Positions 7,415-13,624 of a DNA stretch of 13,624 nucleotides are shown here, piece by piece. Numbering within the stretch: the stretch's first letter is position 1; every line of letters starts with the position of its first letter. The DNA comes from Candidatus Omnitrophota bacterium (lineage in GTDB: Bacteria; Ratteibacteria; UBA8468; MWAK01): assembly GCA_043797665.1 (NCBI GenBank), contig JAZDPL010000037.1, positions 1 through 13,624 on the forward strand, in the 5' to 3' direction. Both the position numbers and the translations under genes were made by a program. Below the pieces are notes generated by a model, which was given only the letters and a program-made list of their open reading frames with translations, was not told the origin of the DNA and made no database searches.

Positions 7415-8197
7415 TCACCAAATTGTCCAGCCGCCGTCTACCACGAGGTTATGGCCGGTAACATAAGATGAGGCTTCGGAAGCCAGATAAACCACCGCTC
7501 CCTTAATATCATCCTCATCGGCCATCCGGCCCAGGGGGACGTGGCGATAGTATCTTTCCAGGAATCTTTCCGGCTGGTTTGCGAACAAGCCTCCCGGGCT
7601 GATGCAGTTGACCCGGATATTATCCGAAGCGCAACGGACCGCCAGAAAACGGGTATAATTAATCATCCCGGCTTTGTGAAAAAAGTAATCTCCGCTCTCG
7701 TCGCTTTCGAAACCGGTTCCGACATACATGGGCAGATATTGGGCTACCATTCCATACATCGACGCAATATTTATGATATTCCCTTTTTTTTGCTTTGCCA
7801 TCTGCTCTAAAAAGATGCTGGTACAAAGGTGCAGACCAACCGCGTTCACCCTCATCGATTCTTGCCAGACCTGAGCCAAAGACATCCCTGGACCGCCTGG
7901 TCTTAAGACCGCATTATTTACCAGGATATCGATTCTACCGTGTTCTGAGATAATCTTTTCCTTCAAGGTTCGAATTGATTTTTCATCGGCAATATCCAGC
8001 TGGCCAGGGGTGACTGAAAACCCCATTTTTACCAATTCGTTCGCCTTCTTCTGGCTTTTTTCCAAGTTACGGGAGGTGATAATAACCGCAGCGCCGGCTT
8101 CGGCTAATCCGGTTGCGATGCAGGCACCGTAATTAACAGTACTACCGGTCACCAAGACAACTCTGCCCTTTAAACTGAAAAGTTCCTGGACGTTCAT
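7415..8197 (-). CDS. SDR-family oxidoreductase
   Basis: VTGSTVNYG, LVNNA, ASMYG, YFFHK (YxxxK), IRVNCISPGG. Start ATG 8197 (MNVQELF) has SD AGGAGG and an ATGA overlap with the upstream stop. Confidence 0.92.
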   Translation of the reverse strand: MNVQELFSLKGRVVLVTGSTVNYGACIATGLAEAGAAVIITSRNLEKSQKKANELVKMGFSVTPGQLDIADEKSIRTLKEKIISEHGRIDILVNNAVLRPGGPGMSLAQVWQESMRVNAVGLHLCTSIFLEQMAKQKKGNIINIASMYGMVAQYLPMYVGTGFESDESGDYFFHKAGMINYTRFLAVRCASDNIRVNCISPGGLFANQPERFLERYYRHVPLGRMADEDDIKGAVVYLASEASSYVTGHNLVVDGGWTIW

Positions 8198-9123
8198 GTT
8201 TCTACCTCCTTTAGCGGCACTTTCCGGCCTCCTTCTTCCAGCGACTTTTGTCCGGCGATAACTATCCTGGACATCTCCACGGTCTCCTGCCAATCAAACG
8301 GGGGAGTTCCCGTCTTGAGCATCTCGACGAAATGCTGGAGCATATTCTTAAACTGGAAAAACGCATCCGGGTCAATGACCACCGCCGCTCCTTTTTCTCC
8401 GTAGAATGAAGTCCCGCCCTGGGTGATCTTGGCAAAGGTCTGAATGACCGCGTGCCTTCCATCCAGATACTTGAGGTGAACAATCTCTTCACCGGGCTGG
8501 CCGACGTTCTGAACCGATTCGATCCCGGTACCCATCACCGCACATACCGATTCAATCATATGGATACCGTAAGTACGCCAGTACTTGGGAGTAACTGCGT
8601 TCGCAGTTAGGATACGACCCAGGTCGTTTTTTTTCTTTAACTCCAGAATACCCCTGGAGTAACGGGCGCTGGAACAGGACATCACGGGTCTTCCTTCCCG
8701 GTAATATCGAACGAATTCCTTGAGGTCAGCGGCCTGGTCAGTCAGAGGTTTATCAATGAAAATCGGCACCCCAGCCTCAATAAAAGGCCTGGCCATCTGG
8801 AGATGGTTTTCTCCGTCATCCCTGGCTAAAAGTACCGCGTCCACCTTACCGATCAGGTCGGTTATCTTTTCAACTACATGCTCGACCAGGGAAGACCGGG
8901 CTACCTGTTTCGACATTTCCGGATTCTGGGTCCAGATATGCGTCACCTTACCTTCCTCGATGCACATCGTGGGCGGGTCCTCTTTAGCCAAATATTCCGG
9001 GATTACGGGGAAGGGGCATTTGGCCATCTCTTTTTTGTTGTATCCGTTAAAGATAGCCGACCAGGAATAAGGGTGGCCGTTGCCAGGGCTCAAACCGACC
9101 ATGCCAAGATTGTATATCTTCAT
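8194..9123 (-). CDS. Gfo/Idh/MocA-like NAD(P)-dependent oxidoreductase
   Basis: N-terminal LGMVG Rossmann strand, VDAVLL, H...A.PFIEAGVPIFIDKP (EKP-equivalent), YGIH; SD AAGGAGG. Confidence 0.8.
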   Translation of the reverse strand: MKIYNLGMVGLSPGNGHPYSWSAIFNGYNKKEMAKCPFPVIPEYLAKEDPPTMCIEEGKVTHIWTQNPEMSKQVARSSLVEHVVEKITDLIGKVDAVLLARDDGENHLQMARPFIEAGVPIFIDKPLTDQAADLKEFVRYYREGRPVMSCSSARYSRGILELKKKNDLGRILTANAVTPKYWRTYGIHMIESVCAVMGTGIESVQNVGQPGEEIVHLKYLDGRHAVIQTFAKITQGGTSFYGEKGAAVVIDPDAFFQFKNMLQHFVEMLKTGTPPFDWQETVEMSRIVIAGQKSLEEGGRKVPLKEVET

Positions 9124-9140
9124 CTTATCCTCCTTACCAA

Positions 9141-9923
9141 TTAAAGAATTTCTAAGGCACTCTTGGCGATCTTCACTACGGTTCGGCTGTCAGACCTTTT
9201 CCAGCCTGCCCTTTGGTAGCCATCGGCAACATCGGTATTCTGGGTTTCAAGTCTTACTTCAATCGGTGGTTTAATCACATAGGGTTTAAATTCTGAAACT
9301 CTCTTTAGGGCTTTACTAACACCCGAAGCGATTGCCTCTCTTGCTTTGACCGGTGGGAGTATCTTGGCACAGTTACGGGTTAAGCCTTCCTTTACGATAG
9401 ATACTTCAATATCACCTAACAGTTCTCTTGCTTCCTCGCAGGTGGCTCTGTCACCGCTGACAAAGACCACCGGGACTCCAAAGTGTCCCCCGATCACTGC
9501 TTCCTGACCGATTTCACCCATTTTGATATTGTTAAGATAGTAATTGTACCAGGTCGTGGAACTCTGGGTATGGTCTAAAACAGCATTCCTGGCGCCAGCC
9601 ATTGCGTGGAAGCCAACCAGAAGCATCGCGGTAAATGTTTCATCTAAACCAGGAAGAATTTGGGTTCTCACCGGGCCAGTGATATACTGGGCACCGGGAT
9701 GGAGTTCTTCAATAATAAAGTTATAGCCACTGCTGTGGCCATCCATTACCACAATCTCTTTGGCACCAGCGGCCAGGGCACCCTCTACCGCTGCATTGAC
9801 ATCAAAAGTCAAAAGATGCCTTGCCTTTTCGTATTCTTCTGGTCCTCCCTCATCCCGACCAGTCTGCTGCCAGGTTACCACCCCACTGATTCCTTCCATA
9901 TCTGTTGAGATATAAACCTTCAT
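9141..9923 (-). CDS. M55-family metallopeptidase (DppA-like D-aminopeptidase)
   Basis: MKVYISTDMEG (DxE), DGH, GFHA, LDHT, MGE, VSGD. Start ATG 9923 with SD AAGGAGG. Confidence 0.92.
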   Translation of the reverse strand: MKVYISTDMEGISGVVTWQQTGRDEGGPEEYEKARHLLTFDVNAAVEGALAAGAKEIVVMDGHSSGYNFIIEELHPGAQYITGPVRTQILPGLDETFTAMLLVGFHAMAGARNAVLDHTQSSTTWYNYYLNNIKMGEIGQEAVIGGHFGVPVVFVSGDRATCEEARELLGDIEVSIVKEGLTRNCAKILPPVKAREAIASGVSKALKRVSEFKPYVIKPPIEVRLETQNTDVADGYQRAGWKRSDSRTVVKIAKSALEIL

Positions 9924-9946
9924 CCTACCCCTCCTTCGTTTAGTAC

Positions 9947-9999
9947 CCCTCTCCCACACCTGTCCGCCGTAGCCTTAGCGCAGGTGGAAGAAAAGAGGG
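9947..9999. repeat. Nested REP-like hairpin
   Basis: Outer arms CCCTCT (9947-9952) / AGAGGG (9994-9999) enclose inner arms CACCTG (9957-9962) / CAGGTG (9981-9986) around TCCGCCGTAGCCTTAGCG. Confidence 0.55.
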
Positions 10000-10040
10000 A
10001 ATTTCGGTACGGAATTGACTGACTGAGCATTTACCTGTTA

Positions 10041-11048
10041 TTAATCTAATTTCCAGCGCACAATACCCATATGATACCGACGGTGCATAGGGATAGAAGC
10101 ACAGTAATAGGCAGTTACAATGGTGCCATCACCCATCTGCACACTGGAAGGATACCCGCCATCTACATAATCTGTACTAAACAATACTAGAGGCGCACTC
10201 CAGGTGAGACTGCCATCACAACTGACTCTGGCGCAGACACCAAGCATACCAGGATTGCGTACTCCATAACTGAGCAAAATCCGCCCGTCTTTTAACCTGC
10301 AAAGATGCGCAGGTATTTGTCCGGGCAGAGAAACAGGACCGCGGCATGTCCATGTTTGTCCGTTGTCCTCTGATACAAAGATTTCAAGAAGAGGGTGAGG
10401 GCAATTGGTTCGGCTTGCTGCAAGGAGGCGCCCGTCACCAAGATAAAGCAAACCTGTTTCGTCATAATTACCAACTGCAATCGGGCAGGAATTACCCCAT
10501 GTCCTTCCGTCGTCCTCACTGAAGAATATCCACGCCGAACATCTGTCTTTATCGTCTGAATGAAGTGAATAACAAGAAACGGCAAGATGGTTATCAGTCA
10601 GTTGTATTATATCTCCAAACGGAACGGCATGGGAAAGCTGCGAAGGGATTGTCAGCCCCCTGGTTTGAGTCCATGATTTTCCTCCGTCTTCAGAACGGCA
10701 AACCCACGGTTCCAGTCCCGTGCCTTCATAGAGCTCCCCCGGTTCACCTAACGGAGGGCGTGGCGGAATGTTGGTATAGCCCGAGCACAAAACAACGAAA
10801 ACGCCGCTCCGGGTAAGACCTGCCGCTACATTCATCCGGTTTGTTCCTTTTTTATGCGGAGCCGGTACCCCTAAGAAACTCCATACCCTGCCATCGTCCC
10901 GGCTAACCCAGCACTCTGCGTCTCCTTCCCATCTGCCATGGGTCGGTTCGCCAAAAATTGTTGCCACAAGAGCGCCATCAGGCATAAGTGTAAGATTGGG
11001 CCAGGCACATTTATTGTCCACCGCTACATACCTTTCGAGAATCTCCAT
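10041..11048 (-). CDS. BNR/Asp-box repeat beta-propeller (sialidase-superfamily protein), apparently cytoplasmic
   Basis: Five Asp-boxes: SRDDGRVW, SEDGGKSW, SEDDGRTW, SEDNGQTW, SCDGSLTW; C-terminal GYPSS; no signal peptide visible. Confidence 0.87.
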   Translation of the reverse strand: MEILERYVAVDNKCAWPNLTLMPDGALVATIFGEPTHGRWEGDAECWVSRDDGRVWSFLGVPAPHKKGTNRMNVAAGLTRSGVFVVLCSGYTNIPPRPPLGEPGELYEGTGLEPWVCRSEDGGKSWTQTRGLTIPSQLSHAVPFGDIIQLTDNHLAVSCYSLHSDDKDRCSAWIFFSEDDGRTWGNSCPIAVGNYDETGLLYLGDGRLLAASRTNCPHPLLEIFVSEDNGQTWTCRGPVSLPGQIPAHLCRLKDGRILLSYGVRNPGMLGVCARVSCDGSLTWSAPLVLFSTDYVDGGYPSSVQMGDGTIVTAYYCASIPMHRRYHMGIVRWKLD

Positions 11049-11090
11049 AGAAAACCCTTTTCCGATGTATTAGTAAAATAACCAATCTGC

Positions 11091-12290
11091 TTAGGTTTTT
11101 AGTACCAATTCTATCCGCTCAAAAGCCCAGTCCAATTCCTCCCTGGTAATAATCAATGGCGGCGCAATTCTAATCACATGCTCATGCGTTTCCTTACACA
11201 GAATTCCTTTGGTCATCAATGCCTCACAAAAACGGCGTGCGCCGCCGGCTTCCGGTTTTAACTCGACGCCAATAAACAATCCTTTACCGCGCACTTCCTT
11301 GATATATGGACTGTCTATGGACTTGAGACGTTGCAATAAGTAATCTCCCATATCCGCAGCATTTTCAATCATCTTTTCTTCAATAAGCACTTTCACCGCC
11401 GTACGGGCCACAGCACAGGCAAGAGGATTACCGCCAAACGTGCTGCCATGATCACCGGGCATGAATACCCCAAGCACATCCTCATTAGAAAGAATGGCCG
11501 AAATGGGATATACTCCTCCGGAAAGTGCCTTGCCAATCAGTGTAACATCTGCTTCTATACCTTCGTGGACTTCCGCCAATAATTTTCCGGTGCGGCCCAG
11601 ACCGGTCTGGATCTCATCCAGAATTAAAGGAACATCATTAGCGGAACAAATGTCCCTGACAGCTTTTAAATATCCGTTTGGTGGAATAATCACACCGGCT
11701 TCTCCCTGAATGGGCTCAATTAGAAAACCAACGGTGTTGGGCGTAATGGCCTGCTCCAGGGCATCGGCATCCCCGAAAGGAATAGTTATAAAACCAGGTG
11801 TAAACGGGCCGAACCCTTGCCGGTATTGCTCCTCTGTACTGAATCCTACAATAGTAATGGTTCTTCCGTGGAAGTTATTATTACAAACGATAATTTCAGC
11901 CTGGTTTGGGGCAACACCTTTTTTCTGATATCCCCATTTGCGTACCGCTTTGATAACCGTTTCAACCGCTTCCGCTCCGCTATTCATAGGCAATACCATG
12001 TGCGAATTAGTTAAGCGGCAAATGTCTCTGCAAAACAGCCCCAATTGATCATTGCGGAATGCCCGGGAAGTGAGGGTCAATTTTCGGGCTTGCTCTGTAA
12101 GCGCGGCCACAATTTTTGGATGGCAATGTCCCTGGTTAACCGCTGAATACGCCGAAAGGCAGTCCAGATAACGTTTTCCCTCAACATCCCAAACCCAGAC
12201 GCCTCTCCCCCGCGCAATAACCACATCCAGTGGTTTATAGTTTTTCGCACAGTAACGGTTTTCTAAATCAATGTAATACTGAGTATTCAT
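11091..12290 (-). CDS. rocD: Ornithine--oxo-acid aminotransferase (class III PLP enzyme)
   Basis: [69 protein letters not shown] lysine in [18 protein letters not shown]. Confidence 0.95.
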   Translation of the reverse strand: MNTQYYIDLENRYCAKNYKPLDVVIARGRGVWVWDVEGKRYLDCLSAYSAVNQGHCHPKIVAALTEQARKLTLTSRAFRNDQLGLFCRDICRLTNSHMVLPMNSGAEAVETVIKAVRKWGYQKKGVAPNQAEIIVCNNNFHGRTITIVGFSTEEQYRQGFGPFTPGFITIPFGDADALEQAITPNTVGFLIEPIQGEAGVIIPPNGYLKAVRDICSANDVPLILDEIQTGLGRTGKLLAEVHEGIEADVTLIGKALSGGVYPISAILSNEDVLGVFMPGDHGSTFGGNPLACAVARTAVKVLIEEKMIENAADMGDYLLQRLKSIDSPYIKEVRGKGLFIGVELKPEAGGARRFCEALMTKGILCKETHEHVIRIAPPLIITREELDWAFERIELVLKT

Positions 12291-12295
12291 AATAA

Positions 12296-12324
12296 ATTCC
12301 TGCTAAAGGCATACAGGAATGACA
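12296..12324 (-). repeat. Half REP-like hairpin containing the rocD Shine-Dalgarno
   Basis: Minus strand TGTC-ATTCCTG-N11-CAGGAAT-ttattATG. Shares the TGTCATTC end with the element at 135. Confidence 0.55.
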
Positions 12325-12368
12325 TAAAGGAACGATTACTTTTGCATTAGTCTAAGACCAGGCATGTT

Positions 12369-13448
12369 CTAGTGTAGTGAATCCAACGCTTCTTTACATT
12401 TGGCGATCTTTGTCAAAATACGCTCCACCGGAGCGCTCCATACGAAAACACGGGGATTTTGGTTGTGATTTTCCAGGTAATCCTTGATGGCTGTAATCAA
12501 ATTTGGAACGTTGCGAAACGAACCGCGGCGTATACGCTTGTCGGAGATTTCGCGAAACCAGCGTTCGACCAGATTCAGCCAGGAGCTGGCAGTTGGAATA
12601 AAATGCAGATGGAACCGGGGGTGGCGTTTCAGCCAGGATTTCACCCGGGGGTGTTTGTGGGCGCCGTAATTGTCCACAATCAAGTGAAGGTCCAGTCCAA
12701 ACAGGGTTTCTTTGTCTATCTGCTTGAGGAAACGGATAAACTCCTGGTGTCGATGACGCGGCATGCAGTCGCCGATAACTTTGCCGTCCAGCATACTTAA
12801 GGCCGCAAACAAGGTGGTCGTGCCGTTGCGTTGGTAATCGTGAGTCATCGTTCCGCAGCGGCCTTTCTTTAGCGGCAGACCCGGCTGGGTCCTGTCCAGA
12901 GCCTGGATTTGACTCTTTTCGTCCACGCAGAGGACCAGCGATTTGTCCGGAGGATTCAGATACAATCCAACGATGTCGTACAACTTTTCGACAAAGTGCT
13001 TGTCGCGGCTGAGTTTGAAGCTTTTGACCAGATGCGGTTTCAGGTTGTGTTGCTTCCATATCCGACGTATCGTCGCTTCGCTTAGTCCTTGAGCTGTTGC
13101 CATGGTTCGCGTACTCCAGTGCGTCGCATGGGGAGGCGTTGTCTCTAGAGTGGCTTCGACCACCGCTTTGATTTTCGCTTTCGAAATTTTGGGGATACGA
13201 CCAGGACGGGGCGCATCCTTTTCCAACCCGGCGCAGCGGAAGGACAAAAAACGCTGCCGCCAGAGTTGAACCGTAGGACGGGAAATCCCCAGGCGGCAAG
13301 CTATGTCGTGGCTGAAGATTCCATCGGCTGCCATCTGAATGATTTGGGCGCGTTGTACCAATCGCAGGGGGAAGCTTTTCCCGTGAGCCCAGAGTCGGAT
13401 GGTTGCCTGTTCTTGAGGATCTAAAATTATACGTTCTGATATGTTCAT
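12369..13448 (-). CDS. IS630-family DDE transposase
   Basis: N-terminal HTHs; D176 (CVDEK), D259 (IVDNY), E295 (WLNLVER), i.e. DD35E. The stop TAG lies in the terminal CTAG. Confidence 0.95.
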   Translation of the reverse strand: MNISERIILDPQEQATIRLWAHGKSFPLRLVQRAQIIQMAADGIFSHDIACRLGISRPTVQLWRQRFLSFRCAGLEKDAPRPGRIPKISKAKIKAVVEATLETTPPHATHWSTRTMATAQGLSEATIRRIWKQHNLKPHLVKSFKLSRDKHFVEKLYDIVGLYLNPPDKSLVLCVDEKSQIQALDRTQPGLPLKKGRCGTMTHDYQRNGTTTLFAALSMLDGKVIGDCMPRHRHQEFIRFLKQIDKETLFGLDLHLIVDNYGAHKHPRVKSWLKRHPRFHLHFIPTASSWLNLVERWFREISDKRIRRGSFRNVPNLITAIKDYLENHNQNPRVFVWSAPVERILTKIAKCKEALDSLH

Positions 13449-13456
13449 TTGAAATA

Positions 13457-13485
13457 AGCATAACCTATATCCTTTTAAATATCAA
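13457..13485 (-). promoter_or_regulatory. IS-internal sigma70-type promoter for the transposase
   Basis: TTGATA (13485-13480), 17 bp, TATGCT (13462-13457); the ATG follows 8 nt later with no SD. Confidence 0.6.
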
Positions 13486-13624
13486 GTTATTTATGACGCA
13501 CTACACTAGTTTAATTACTCAAGAAAATAATCAATTTGATTTTATAGAAAGCATACAACAACAAGATGGTAAAAAGATAGTGGGGTCAGGCTTCACAATT
13601 TCACATTCGTTTTACATTTTGTGA

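Larger units (their letters stand above)
12369..13509 (-). mobile_element. IS630-family insertion sequence, apparently complete
   Basis: Inverted ends CTAGTGTAGTG (12369-12379) and CACTACACTAG (13499-13509). CTAG (TA core) at both ends is consistent with IS630 target duplication. Single transposase ORF. Confidence 0.93.

Noticed and set aside
8198..8293. N-terminal extension of the SDR to 8293
   Set aside because: It overlaps the upstream gene; ATG 8197 has a strong SD and an ATGA coupling.
9924..9959. GTG-start extension MWERGTKRRRGR of the M55 peptidase
   Set aside because: It derives from the hairpin and SD sequence; M55 proteins begin at MKVYIS.
332..12014. Numerous plus-strand and nested ORFs of 60-157 aa in the ORF track
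   Set aside because: They overlap well-supported minus-strand genes and show no recognisable motifs; treated as shadow ORFs.
13403..13624. 73-aa plus-strand ORF and TCACA repeats with TCACAA/TTGTGA arms at 13593-13624
   Set aside because: The ORF crosses the IS end, so it is artefactual. The motif may be a regulator site but is cut by the window edge and cannot be assigned.
1..13624. CRISPR array, integron attC array, tRNA or rRNA genes
   Set aside because: No regularly spaced repeats, no consistent attC-type ends, no integrase and no structural RNA signatures were seen.

Overview
A co-oriented (all minus-strand) bacterial catabolic gene array. In transcription order: an intact IS630-family element, ornithine aminotransferase (rocD), a BNR/Asp-box beta-propeller, an M55 (DppA-like) peptidase, a Gfo/Idh/MocA-like oxidoreductase, two SDRs, a URO-D/MtaA-family protein, an AT-rich AAA_14-DUF4143 ATPase/nuclease gene with its own promoter, an amidohydrolase, a DapA-like class I aldolase, an aldo/keto reductase, a small probably chimeric ORF, an HpcH/HpaI class II aldolase, and the start of a third SDR. 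The substrate cannot be determined from the sequence. The most unusual signals lie between the genes: (i) two homologous mini-ORFs (MQIIDRGIVFKGEKG.. and MQIIRRGVVFKSEQG..) whose similarity ends at the same codon; (ii) a tandem 18-bp palindromic repeat covering the predicted TSS and the start codon of the AAA-DUF4143 gene; (iii) REP-like palindromes that supply a stop codon or overlap ribosome-binding sites; (iv) a 355-codon open alternative frame across the IS630 transposase. All family calls come from motif recognition by eye; no database search was run.
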